Positions 27,438-40,409 are shown, numbered from the stretch's first letter. The stretch is 64,000 bases of DNA from Octopus sinensis (GCF_006345805.1 NC_042997.1:118792001-118856000), one strand, 5' to 3'. Notes: generated by a model not told the origin, from the sequence alone. Program-made: numbers and translations.

Positions 27438-28330
27438 ATACATATACATATATATATGATGCGATACGTAAATTGTTGCCATCCTATATTTCTAATTTTG
27501 CCCATGCGCATTGTTTGTTTTGGATTTTGTTGAGTACATATTATTGTATGGTTGGATGGACAGCTTTTGTGAGAAAAACAGCACCATGACGCATTTCATA
27601 CTTCCAGAAATTTGGTAACGACATGCTGTACTGCTTCGCATTCACGTCGGGAGTTCCAATACGAATATTTCAGAGCGTTTGGCTGTCAATTTGAGAAGAG
27701 TGCAACCAGAGGACATGTACGGAGAGTGATAAAATGAAACATCGAGTCAACATCATGGTGTTTGTAGAGATCACTAGAGATAGCGACGGTTTGCCACCAT
27801 TCATCTTTTTACACGGATTCAAACTCAAAACGGAGGCCGACATCAATTTCCAGGAGGAGTTAGTGTTGCCGTGGATCACGAGCGTGGCTGCTGGAAAACG
27901 GTATTCCTGGTAACAGGACTCTGTAGCATGCCACACAAGCAGGAGAACCCAATCATGGCTGTCAGACAATTCATGCGACTACATCGCGCCTAACAACTGG
28001 CCATCCAATTCCCCAGACTGCAACCTAATTGGTTATTATGTGTGGGGCGCAGTTGTGCGAGAGACGAACTATACACCTTGCAACACCAAAGATGATCTGA
28101 AGGCAAGGATTCACCAACTTAAACAGGGTGACCGTCCAGAAGTGTAGCAAGAGATTTAGAAGTCGTCTGGAGAAGGTGGTTGAAGTCAATGGCGATTTTA
28201 TGGAATAAATTTACAGCTTAGTATCTCAAGATATTTTTACGCAATTTTTGTAAATATTACTAAAAAATGAGAAGTCAGTGTAATTTTCAATTTTGCGTAA
28301 TTTTGACGACAGTTTATTCCCCGCCCCTCC
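27438..28330 (+). mobile_element. Second DD37D/maT-like remnant, internally deleted
   Basis: Homologous to 24470..25060 (gtcaacatcatggtgtttg, caggactctgtagcatgccacacaagc, tatgtgtggggcgcagttg, same 3' end). Confidence 0.8.
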
Positions 28331-28394
<64 letters not shown>

Positions 28395-29493
28395 TCATAT
28401 ATTCATACGCACACAGAATTACATACACATATACACTAAGATGTGTATCTCTTGTGTATATAGTAAGTACGTTAATGTTTGGTTTAATTCTAAGCTAAAT
28501 ATATTGCTAATAGAACGGGTTCAATTTTTCACTTCCTTTATACAAAATTGTTTAGTTATTTCATTTCAATGCTTGCAGTGTTGTACTATCACATTTTTCC
28601 CGAACGTATGTGTGAAAGCACTGAGAAAATGGGTGTCTTCTCCAAAATATATGTATGTATATATATATAAAGTTGTAAAATCATGGTGGATAAAATGTCA
28701 TATCTGTATGGAACAGTGCAGGAGATTGCGAATTTTAAATTAACTGTCATGTATTTTTTCTATGGCTGGTGGCTTCCTATTTCACAGAAAATAATTTATT
28801 TTCCTAGAATTTATGATTCTTTTAATTATTTCTTTTAAGATTCTTTTCACTTTTAAAGAATACTGGAACAACATTCGGAGTTAGATTTTCTCGGTTACCA
28901 TATCCGATTAAATGGATTCTGAAATTGAATTTAAAAAAAACTTTGACATCTGTAAATCTTTACGAGAAATTACTATTGGTGACGATTTTCTCGGAATCGA
29001 GCCAACTTTTACAAGTTTAATTAAAGTTGACAAATTCACACAGTAAGTCAGATTTCCAGGGTAAATTTAATCGAAGATAATCTATATGTATTTTATGACA
29101 TGCTATAAAGAATTTAAATTAACTTTATATTCAATTTTTTTTCTAAAGCAAGGGTATCTTGAAATGGAATTTAATAGAAAGAAACTATAAGACTTGACAT
29201 CTCAATATCTTTACGTGAAATCAATAAAGGTGACGATTTTCTTAAGACTCCAACATTTTTCACAAGTTTAAATAAGTGTTTAATTAAAGACTGATAATTC
29301 GTGTTAAAAAATTCAAATTCCGTAGGGAAATTATTCGATGGCGATCTGTACGACATGTATAATACTGCGAAGAAGAGATACATATTATTTGAATATCAAA
29401 GGATTGTTCCACAGCGAGGCTCGAAGTATGTATATTTACTCTATAAAATCATCCATGACACATTCATCTGGAAGTGCCATTATGTAACCAGGC

Positions 29494-29528
<35 letters not shown>

Positions 29529-29562
29529 TAATAGTAATAATAAAATTAATAATAATGATAAA

Positions 29563-30119
29563 TTCCCTGATGCAGTACCAGGCAGTGGCTCTTGTGGTTC
29601 TGATCTTAACTGATTGGAAGTGTTATCATGTACATTGTTTTGTCTTGGTATAAAAGGCGGGCTACAGCAAATATTTTGCTCAATACCACAGATATGCTTG
29701 TCAGTTGTTTGACCTTAACCATTTGAGCATGTCCCTTAATAGCTGACGATATGTGTATCTCTGATCACGAGCAGAAGTAGTGGAGGGGCATCATAGCCAT
29801 GTGTTGAGAGTAATTCTTTGGGGTTTGAATCATTCACCTCTGGAAACATGGGTGTTTTGTTCAACATCCTTAAATAAACAACTCTTATTGAGGGACCTTT
29901 TGAGCGGGATGGGTTACTCGACCTGAAGAAAATTCTAACTAGGCTCCACCTGCAAGGTCATGTGCTGTTTATCTTGATATGAGATCACCATGTCGCGCAA
30001 GTATGGTTGTGATGCATGTGCCTGGCGTACTCTTATCAGACGGGTATTCATGATGGGTATACTGGGCTTCGGATATTTTACCCCAGTGTCATTTGATGGC
30101 ATGCACTGCTCTCTCACTC
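29563..30119. mobile_element. ~560-bp non-coding interspersed element between (AAT)n tracts
   Basis: A GC-richer block sharply bounded by (AAT)n on both sides; family unassigned. Confidence 0.5.
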
Positions 30120-30162
<43 letters not shown>

Positions 30163-31123
30163 TAATAATAATCTCATCACAATAACCCCCACGGGTAAAT
30201 ATATCAAATACAAATGCATTGAACAAAGGAGTGAATGTGGCTGGAACTGATAAAAGTGTATATGAGGGTATGTGTGGTTTCTCTGAGCGTTGGCTAGCAC
30301 CCTAACTTGTAATGGTGTGACGTGGAAACTACGGATGATTGCACAATCGTATAAATGCTACTTCTAAATAAGGGGTCTCAACTTCAAATAATTATCATAA
30401 CTTCGTTACTAGGACTGTAACTGTAAACAGTGAAGGTATCGTGCACGGCAGACAAGAAGTGTTTGATCCAGTTCAGGCAGGGCGTCATCAAGCTGTTATT
30501 ACCCGGTTGTACATAAAGGGAGACCAGGTGGAATAGGAGTAATTGTTGTGGATTGTGTACAGATGAAAAAAAGCGACAAAATATATTTACAGAACTGCAC
30601 AAAGAAATTAGTAAAGTGAATAAAGTGCTCGTGATCAAGTGTGAAAAAGGAGAAAAGGCCAAGGATGAATTTTAAAGATATCATGTTAAACGCATTGAAA
30701 AGTAACTTCTGCGTGTCAGTTTTGAAAACCCGTTGAGAAGGTATATAAAACATATACCTGGACTTAATTAAAAAAAGGGGGTAATTAATAAAGGAGACAG
30801 AAAATATTATTATAACACTCAAAAGAAGGAGTAACCTGCTATCCTCATAAATTTTATCAGGTATAATAACGAGTCTCTGTCAAATTAATAATACGAATAA
30901 TAGGAGCATTAGGTACCAGCAAATAACTACCAGCTGAGCATTAAAGTCGATTAAATCGGTCTTAATGTTCAATTGGTACTTATTTTATCGATCTCGAAGG
31001 ATGAAAAGCAAAGCCGATCTCCACAAAATTTGAACTGAGAATTTATAGACGGACGAAATATAGCTTAGCATTTTGCTTCACATACTTACGATTCTATTGG
31101 ATAGCGTTCGTACCAGTTCACCG

Positions 31124-31173
<50 letters not shown>

Positions 31174-31584
31174 TTATATTTCTTCAAAGGCACTGCGTCT
31201 CACATTTGGGTGAGGTGTATTATCGATAATCGCCTGCATTACATTGAATGTACTTGTTTTTCCCGAGCGATAGAAGGGTGAAAGCAAGTATAACTGTCCA
31301 GGGAATAAGTGTAAAATATTTATCACAAAGAATTGTGTCTGAATCTCAACTGACTTTTCCAATACACTGTACTCCCAAATTGATGCAGAGAAGATGTAAT
31401 ATATAATACAGAGTAAAAGATCTTCAGAGCAATGAGTGAATTTAAATTAGAATTCATAGGGAAACGAATGCGGATCACTGAGTTCAATTATACTACATTG
31501 TATGTAAATCAATGGACATATGTATATTTCAGGAAGGTACACTGTAGAAGTGTGCTTGCGATATAAGGTTAATCAAATCGCATT

Positions 31585-31691
31585 AGGAGTGGCTGTTCGA
31601 TAAGTAGCTTGCTTACGAAACAGATGGTTCGGGTTCTGCTATAGCCTCGGGCAGACTAAAGCCTTGTCAGTGGATTTGGTAGACGCCCGTC

Positions 31692-31762
<71 letters not shown>

Positions 31763-31967
31763 GTATTTGTGTGTCTGTTTTCTTCCCCCAACATCACTTC
31801 ACAACCGATGCTGGTGTGTTTACGACCCCGAACTTAGCAGTTCGGCAAAAGAGACCGATAGAATAAGTAGTAGATTTACAAATAATATGTCCTGGGGTTG
31901 ATTTGCTCGACTAAAGGCGGTGCTTCAGCATGCCCCCTGTCAAATGACTGAAAAAAGTAAAAGAGTA
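31585..31967 (+). mobile_element. SINE family A
   Basis: Reverse-complement homolog of 20206..20602 with an internal TA/TG microsatellite. Confidence 0.85.
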
Positions 31968-32306
31968 TTTGATAAAAATTGAAAAATAGTAAATAAAAAG
32001 CAATTTGCATGTCGACTTTCGCAATGACAAATCTCACTCCATTAAGTGTGAGTAGATACGTCATAATATTTATTGTTGAGCACTAACGTGACGTTTATCT
32101 TTTACATGCTTTTATATGAGAACAGTCAAACAACTGACCACCCGACGGTGTGTTTGATATACCTTAGTATATATGTCAGAGAAAATAAAGATAGTTTCTG
32201 TACACGTTAACGTTACATTGGTGACACTAAGTTAAAACTCTTAGGAGCAATACTATACTATTTATTTCTAACATAGCAAGGTATATAAAATTCAATGCAT
32301 GTATAT

Positions 32307-32430
32307 AGCGTAGGCTCGAAACGTAAATGATTATGTGTTCCTTTCTGTCGAAAAGCGTAGGCTCGAAACGTAAAGGTCTTTTTCACTGTGTTCGTTTCTG
32401 TCGAAGAGTGTAGGCTCGAAATGTAAAGAC
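32307..32430 (+). repeat. Three tandem ~50-bp minimal hammerhead-like units
   Basis: ttt-CTGTCGA-a gagc gtag gctc-GAAA-cg-TA-aag is repeated; the first unit is 5'-truncated. Confidence 0.6.
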
Positions 32431-32483
32431 TTTCTCACTTCCCAAGCGTTAAACACAGCCGTCATCGATTTTGTCTTTTTAAG

Positions 32484-32519
<36 letters not shown>

Positions 32520-32989
32520 CATGCATACACATTCATTTATAGTAATTTTCGTAGCCACTTCAACATGGCTGTTCCGTTCGAACGGACTTTTGAACAGCAA
32601 GAAGGCATTTCCTTTACCTGGTTAACGATGCACAGCTGCATCCGAAATATTGTGAGCAAGGGAAAGAACCACTACCATACTCTGGCGACGGGACCAGCAT
32701 ACTAGCGTGTTTTTTTAGTAATTTTCCCTCTTTTCAGTACTGGACATCTCGTCTATTAGAGATGGCAGTAGCTCGCTTCTGCATGCAATATATATAAATA
32801 TAAGCTATGGTCTTGAAGCGAGTGCAAAAGCTAGTTCTAAAATCTCCCTAAGAGATGATCGCAGTAGTTGTACTAGAAAATAAATTTCATAGCCACTTCA
32901 TAATGGCTGTTCTTTTCGAACGGACGTTACTGCAATTTAAGTTTAACAACAAAATATACGCCCAAGAGAAAACGCAGCCATCGGTGTCT

Positions 32990-33490
32990 GTCGCTGGCAA
33001 TATGGCTCACCTATTAATGGTATAGTTTGATCGGGGACTCAAAGTGAAATTAGCAGAGAAATTCATAACCCTAACCATGTCCTCCTGCTATGTGGATGAT
33101 GTCAACTTAGTAGCCAAAGCACCCCTACAAGACAATGTTGATGATAGCTAACACTATGAGCATCGAGCAAATAGCGAATTCCATTCCTCAGAGTTTCAAA
33201 GTAACGATAGACTACCCTAAGAAGCACCCCAACTATAGGCTACCCGTTAGAAATCAATCAGGTTAGAAATCACGAACAATAAGGTCCATATCATTCACTC
33301 TCGTTATGCTAAACTCATGGCCTCTAAATACATTGTCCAGAAGAACACAGCCATAGTGGGCAATGCCAAGTTCAATATTCTTATAGCAGCCTTGGTGAGA
33401 GTGATGAGGAATGTGTTTCCCATGTGCTACCCTATAGAATCGGAATCAAACAACACTTCATCCACCGCATGCAGTTTTCTACATACGGTA
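32990..33490 (+). mobile_element. Decayed Penelope-like RT fragment (different lineage)
   Basis: tatgtggatgat (YVDD), VTIDYPKKHPNYRLPV and YAKLMASKYIVQKNTA..KFNILIAALVRVMRN resemble PLE RT motifs 5-7 and the thumb. Confidence 0.6.
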
Positions 33491-33683
33491 ACTTCACAGA
33501 CCGCCACAACAATAACAAAAACACGACTAACAACAAGAGCAACAGCTGTAAGAAAATGGCAACAACAACTACTACGATAGCATAAGCGTGGGCGAACACA
33601 AACACAATGATTTACAAGAACTGCTGTCTTCCAATACCTGTCTTTTGATAACTCTGAGAGTTATAGTGCTACTAAGAATAATC

Positions 33684-33746
<63 letters not shown>

Positions 33747-34309
33747 TGTACATATACAAAAGCACACACGCATGCGCATATAAGGATACACAACATAGAA
33801 GAACAGAATGGAATAAACAACACGAAGCCAGAAAGTGTCGGTGAAGAAGAGACAGATGTTTGACGAAAGATTTCCGGACTATGAACGTGAGTTAGAATAA
33901 GAATAGTAATAAATGAGTGAAGAACGAATATATAGTGCGTGTGTTCATTTGGGAAAAAAATGACCGCCCCAAAATACAACAATACATATATACATACACA
34001 CACATTTATATACATATACATGGATACACACATACATACATATAATATCAAGAGTAGAAAGGAATATTAGAAATTTCTGCTACTAGCGGCCTAGTGTGTA
34101 AAACTTTAGTCAATAGACTATATATTATTCATATATATACAGTGTACACTTAAACATCCATCATAGGACTCGTTGTACGCTAAAAAGAACTGTTCTTTCT
34201 AGCGTGCAACTAGTCCTATGTTGGATGCCTCTTATGTGTTTAAATGTCCCATGTATTTATATATATATATAATAATATATATACACATACTTATATATAT
34301 ATATATGTA

Positions 34310-34642
34310 TATATACACATACTTATATATATATATGCTCGGGTATCGAAAACTTTTTCACCTATTATTTTCCATATAAAAGTGCCACATACTTGTAAAT
34401 CGAAATTTTATTTTTGTAGAAAGGTATCCAGATATATTAGAGAATAAATTACTCGGAGGAATTACTAAGTTTATATATATATACACATACTTATACATAT
34501 ATATGCTCGGGTATCGAAAACTTTTTCACCTATTATTTTCCATATAAAAGTACCACATACTTGTAAATCGAAATTTTATTTTTGTAGAAAGGTATCCAGA
34601 TATATTAGAGAATAAATTACTCGGAGGAATTACTAAGTTTAT
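34310..34642. repeat. Near-perfect ~170-bp tandem duplication of a dispersed repeat end
   Basis: gctcgggtatcgaaaac...ggaggaattactaagtttat occurs twice; a diverged relative lies at about 8305..8420. Confidence 0.9.
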
Positions 34643-35375
34643 CACCAGTAATGCCAAAGAAACTGATATAGTAAAATGGTAAAAAAAAGAAAATAAAAGA
34701 AGCAGTCGATATAAAATTGTTCAAATAACCAACTGCGTATTTTGAAAAACAAGTTTTTAAATAATGTTGATTCAAAAATATGGCACAAGGCCAGCAATAT
34801 CGGGGTAAATAATTCTGTCAGGCCACGACAAACATGCGATGTTCTTGCAGCCGAGGATTTTAAACTTACGGGGACACTATTAACATATCGCATGACGAAA
34901 CACAACTATATCTCATTAAGTTGGGAAACGGTTTCATAATCAAGCACCTGAACACATGCAAACTACATCGCGTCGAAACAAATCTGGTGATTAAAAAATA
35001 AATGTCCAACTGTACCCCTTCTTGTTGAATCCAATTTCTTTAAATACCTATTCACAAACGATGCCCAAACTGAAACCTGATAGTAGGTATGGTACTACTA
35101 CTACAACCGGGGGTTGCGTAGTTATTGAGCACACGTGGCACCCGTTGCACCTCTACAGGTAATGTCGATTTGAACTTTCTGTGAGGAGTGCAAAATCCAG
35201 CTGAGAATCCTTCCGGGAAATGATCTATCTCTAACAAAGCAGAGCGATAGAGTAATAGTCAGGATAGTAGGAAACGATGAAAGATACCTTTTCATGGTGA
35301 GGTGCAAACATCCCTTTAGATGTCTGAGGTTATAAAATATGTACATGTGTAAAGATATATGTATGTGTATATATC

Positions 35376-35413
<38 letters not shown>

Positions 35414-35802
35414 TAGATAGATAGATATATGTATATATGTATAAGGATGAAAAGGGACACACGAGTTGATATATATGAAAAACAAGCCAAGATAGAAAAT
35501 GCTAAAATAATTTTATAAAGAACATTTAAGTACCGGTTACGGTCATTTGAGACCGTTTCAAATGTAACAATTAAATAAATAAATTGTGAATTCTTGGTAG
35601 GGAAGAAGAAGAAGAAGGAGGAGGAGGATGAGGGGGAGAAGGGAAGGAAGGATTTGGGATTGCCTTGATTGTCGTTGGTCAGTAGTTGCTAGCAGCTCCT
35701 GCTGTTCAATTCATGAAAATATTTCTATTGAAAGGTTTGTTTATAGTATTTGCGTAGGTATTATACTAAAAAGCATCAATGATAAAGTCAGGAAGAAGAG
35801 GG

Positions 35803-36090
35803 GAGAAGAAGAAGAAGAAGAAGAAGAAGAAGAGAAGAAGAAGAAGAAGAAGGTGATCATGACGATGGCGATGACAATGATGATAATGATGAAGAAGGAG
35901 AAGAAGAAGAAGGTGATCATGACGATGGCGATGACAATGATGATAATGATGAAGAAGGAGAAGAAGAAGAAGAAGAAGAAGAGGAAGTAGAAGAAAAAGA
36001 AGAAGAAGCAGAAGAAGAAGAAGAAGAAGAAGAAGAAGATAAAGAAGAAGAAGAAGAAGAAGAAGAAGAAGAAGGAGAAGAAAGAGAAGG
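35803..36090. repeat. (GAA)n-rich tract with a 60-bp duplication, in the PLE 3' UTR
   Basis: Direct inspection. Confidence 0.9.
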
Positions 36091-36219
36091 GAGAATATGA
36101 ATGCGTGGAAGTAGTGGGATGTTGAATGACTTAAAGTTGGCACGTTGTGGGTTATAGCTGTGATTGGGGTTGATTTTTAATGGATTCTAAGGAATGTAAT
36201 ATTTGCGTGTGTATTTGTG

Positions 36220-39200
36220 TTATTCTAAAGCCGAGGTGGATATATCGTTTGTCGTAGATGCGTTCAGAAGGGGCCTGTATTTTGTAATAAAGAGAGTTTC
36301 TTTACTTATTCGTTGGCGCGAGGTTTTGGCGTCCCTGAATTGGTAGAGGGGAAAATCCTGAAGCTTGGAGTTTTGTTGTTGGCGCAAATATCTGTGTTGG
36401 CTGAATGCTATTTTTCTGTTTTGGGGAATTTTTATCTGGGATCTGTGCAGGGCCATTCTTTTACGTAAACTATTTTTTGTTTGGCCTATGTATTGCTCTT
36501 GACACCCAGAGCAGGTTAGTGTGTATATCAGGTTCTCCGAAGCACATGTGAAATTGCTTTTCACTGTGAACCGTTGTCCCTGTTTGAAGGAGAACTCTGA
36601 TTCCTCAATTAGATAATCGCATATCCCGCAATTGGGTCTTCCACATTTTTTTACTGTCGGCTTCTGTGTTGATGAGCGTATTCGGGCTTGTGTTAGGAGT
36701 CTTTTCCTAGATTTGGGCTGTCTCTTGCTTTTTATGAGGATTAAATTCATTGTTTGGAGGATTAAATTCATTCTGTGGTCTTTTTTCAGCAGGGGTATGT
36801 TTTGGAGGATGGTGTCGAAGGCATCATTGTTGAGAGGGTTGTTTGTGGAGATGTATGGTAAGGCTTTTGGTCGTAAACTTTTCTTTAATTTGGGATGTCT
36901 GAGTTCCTGGATGTTGAGTTGAAGGGCACGTTGAATGCATATGTCAATTAGTGAAGGTGGGTAGTTCCTGGTGTTGAGGGTATCTTTTAGTTCATGTAGT
37001 TGCGTGTCTCCGTTGTTTGCATTAGAAACTATAGTACATATCCTTTTTGCTAGATTGAAGGGGATATTCATTCTGGTGTGTCTTGGGTGGCATGAATTGA
37101 ATGGTAGATATTGCTTGGAATTTGTAGGCTTATAGTATATATCTGTTTCTATTACATTATTAGATTTCTTAATGAGGATGTCGAGGAAGGGAAGTTGTTG
37201 CTGGCTATATTCCATCGTGAATTGGATGTTTACGTCCAGTCCATTTAAAATTGCTTGGAATTCTTTGAGTTTCTCTATATTTTCAAGCCAAAGAATGAAA
37301 CAGTCATCTAGGTATCTCTTCCAGTTGTTTTCTATGTAGAGGGAGAAAGGGCTGCCATATCTTTCTAGAACCTTACGATACAGACTGATCTCTAGATATC
37401 CTATGACTAGGTTGGCAAAGGAGGGAGCCATTCGTGCACCCATCGTAGTCCCCGATTTTTGTCGGTAGAAGTTGTCTTTGAAGGCGAAGTAGTTATTTTC
37501 CAGGATGAATTTAACCCCTTCTATCACGAATTCTTTTTTGATGCGATGTGGGAGTTCGTTGGCGTGATTCTCTAGCCAGAACTGGATTGCTTCTATTCCT
37601 AGGTTGTGGGGGATATTGGAATAGAGGTTGATTACATCGAAGGATACTAGTAGGGTGTTTTTGTTTATAGTATTAGGCAGGTCATTGAGCATATCCAGGT
37701 CGTCCCTTATATAGCTTTTGACATGTTTGAGGAGTGGTTATTAAGAGGGTATCTAAAAGGTTACTCAGGCGTTGGGTTTCGCATGCGGGACCTACTATTA
37801 TAGGTCATTAGGATTAGGGACTTTAATTATTTTGTCTGTGGCTATCTTGCATGCGTTACTTATTTTCTCACTTTTGTGTATCTTGAGAATACCGTAGAAT
37901 TGGTTGGTTTTACTTGTGAAATTGGTCATATAGTCATATTCTTTGTCGGTGAGCCCTTCTTTGTATGGGGTTAACATAGAATTTAGATCCCTCATTATTT
38001 TTTGTTGACTGTAGTTTTGTGCCTTTTCATAATATGTTGTGTCTTCTAACATAGATAGTACTAAAGTTATGTAAAATACCGTGTCCATTAAGACAACTGC
38101 ACTCCCTTTATCTGCCTCTTTGACTGTAATTGTTTTGTCATTTTTTAATTTGTTCAGCTCAGACCATTCTTTTTTGCTGAAGTTTGGTTTGTGTTTTAGT
38201 TTGTGCATATGTTGATATGGGTAATTCCATGTGTTCACAGAAATGATCAAGTGTTTTGTTCTTACCTTTTGAGGGGGTGTAGTTACCCCTATTTCTGACC
38301 AACGATTCGTCCTCGTTGTATTTGTCATATAGCTCCTCAGTAAGTCGAAATTTTCTACAGAATTCTGCGATGTCTTCTTTCATTTCATTGTAGTTGGGGT
38401 GTTGTGGGGTGGGTGTAAACTTGAGTCCTTTGGAGAGTATATTTATTTGGTTTGCCGTTAGTTCGTTGTGAGTTAGATTGATAATTGTTATCACTTTTGG
38501 TTCCTCCTGCCTGTTTGGTGCTATCTTGTGTCTCTGTGTTTGCGTAGTGGGTCTAAAACATGAATGCAGTGGTTGGGACGGTAGCCATTATATAGTTGTT
38601 CCTTGTCGATGTGGGGTGCTCTGTGGTGTGTGTTCTTGGAACAGTATTGAGAAGTGCGTCACGATATCCCATATTCGGGTGTGGTGTTTAGGAGGCCTTC
38701 GTTGGTAATCCTTGCGAGTGGTGCGGGTTTGTTGTGCATGGTTGTTTGGCAGGTTGTTGGAACGAAAATTTCGTTGGTAACTCTTTTGGGTGAGGAGGAG
38801 TTTCCAGCGTCTATCCTGTGGGTATTGATTTATCCTTTCTCTGTTTGAAGTGAGGGCATTCCTGATATTGTACCGCTGGTGGCTTGCAAAGTTAGGGTTA
38901 GGTGCTGTATTCTTTTTTTGATAGAAGTGATGGTTCCAATTTTTAGACAGGTGTATATCAGTGTTTGCATGTTGTTTTTATTTTTTTATTTTCTGGAAAG
39001 GATTGGTGGAAGCGTGCTCTGTTTGAAAGACGGTTTCATAGTTTGAGAACCAAGTGGCGCTTTTCTCCCAGCGTTGGAGAGATTTCAGTTCTTCTTTTTC
39101 ACAGTCCTCTTTCCATTGTTTGGAGATCTTGTTGGGTCATTTTGCGAATTTCTTAGTTGATCTCTTCATCGATGGATTTTACATTATCCTCATTTGTTTG

Positions 39201-39733
39201 GGCCCTCAATTTTAGAAGTTCTATTTCCATTTTCATTTTTTCCAGTGCCATTTTCTCCCTGAGGCGTCTTTGTGTTTCAGGTTCCTCTGTAATGGTTTTG
39301 ATCTGGAATTTACGTGGGAGGATTAACAGTGTCCGGTTGAGCCATTTTTCGTATATATCCGCTTTGTTGTTGTTTTGGATCATCTTCCAAAAGGCGAACT
39401 TTCTATCTCTGAGTGATTTGGTCCATTGTGGTACTATGTGGTGTTTAGTTTGGTATGTTGTTTGAGTATTGATCCCATATATTGACGCGTTTGGAGGTCC
39501 TTGGTTAGCGTTGTTAGAGAAAAATGCTTTAATTGTTTCGCATAAGTTTCCAAGGTTTTCGACGATTTCGGAGGTTGTATTTTTTTCGTATCGGTTTCCT
39601 TATTGTTCACTCGATTGGGTTGATGCGTCGGGTCGAATTTGTTCAAAAATGTTGACAGATTTGTGTTGATCTTCTTGAGTTCTTTCAGTATTTCTTCATT
39701 TATGGAAGTGATTGTGTCTGTTTTTGTCGGCAT
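36220..39733 (-). pseudogene. Penelope-like RT-GIY-YIG polyprotein, frameshifted
   Basis: Motifs LSKGLKFTPTP, KEADKGSAVV, LVSFDVINLYSNIP, QKSGTTMG, RYLDD, LPFLD, YYKPTNS, a CGRPNCGIC linker, and NLIYTLTCSGCQEQYIGQT. Confidence 0.93.
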
Positions 39734-39852
39734 TTTCTGTATATCGTGTGGGTTAATGATATGTATAAGGATGAAAAGGGACACACGAGTTGATATATAT
39801 GAAAAAATAAGTCAAGATAGAAAATGCTAAAATAATTTTATAAAGAACATTT

Positions 39853-39889
39853 CAGTACCGGTTTCGGTCATTTGAGACCTTTTCAACTG
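39853..39889 (-). ncRNA. Minimal hammerhead ribozyme, U3-A8 core variant, in the 5' pLTR
   Basis: cag-TTGAAAA-ggtc tcaaat gacc-GAAA-ccgg-TA-ctg; a decayed twin lies at 35528..35564. Confidence 0.75.
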
Positions 39890-40335
39890 TTACAATTAAA
39901 TAATTAAATTTAGAAAAATGAAAAGAAATAGTTTTTTAAAAGAATATTTGTATAGTGTTCAAATATAAGTGACATTTTCCTTGTTTCTGCCTTTCTCTGT
40001 CTCTCATGTTTGCTCTTGTGGGTTCAAGATCGTTGTGAATTCTTGGTAGGGAAGGAGAAGGAGGAGGAGGGGAGAAGGGGAAGAAGAATTTGGGATTGCC
40101 TTGATTGTCGATGGAACTGCGAGCAACCACTGAACAACGAGAAGACTCGTTTACGATCTTGTGTGATTTCATATCGCTGCGCGTTGTTACTACACCGATA
40201 ACTACCGAGCGCGTGAGTGTGTGTATATATATATATATATATTCTTTTTTTTATTTCATCTAGTTTCAGCTCAAGCTGTGGCCATGCTGGGGCACCGCCA
40301 TATATATATATATATATATATAATATATATATATC

Positions 40336-40373
<38 letters not shown>

Positions 40374-40409
40374 AAGCTAATCAAAGAGTTTTTATTTCTC
40401 TCGGATATT

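Larger units (their letters stand above)
35437..40215 (-). mobile_element. Near full-length Penelope-like element (Neptune-like) with direct pLTRs
   Basis: Frameshifted ORF pieces run from 39733 to 36220. pLTR copies are at 35437..35677 and 39761..40114, and the element is flanked by (TA)n. Confidence 0.93.

Noticed and set aside
30412-30536. Short open frames with splice-like borders (also at ~41450..41520 and ~47460..47542)
   Set aside because: No recognisable protein similarity; such signals are expected by chance.
39905-40035. Segment missing from the downstream pLTR, as a spliced Penelope intron
   Set aside because: The boundaries on the element's sense strand are not GT..AG.
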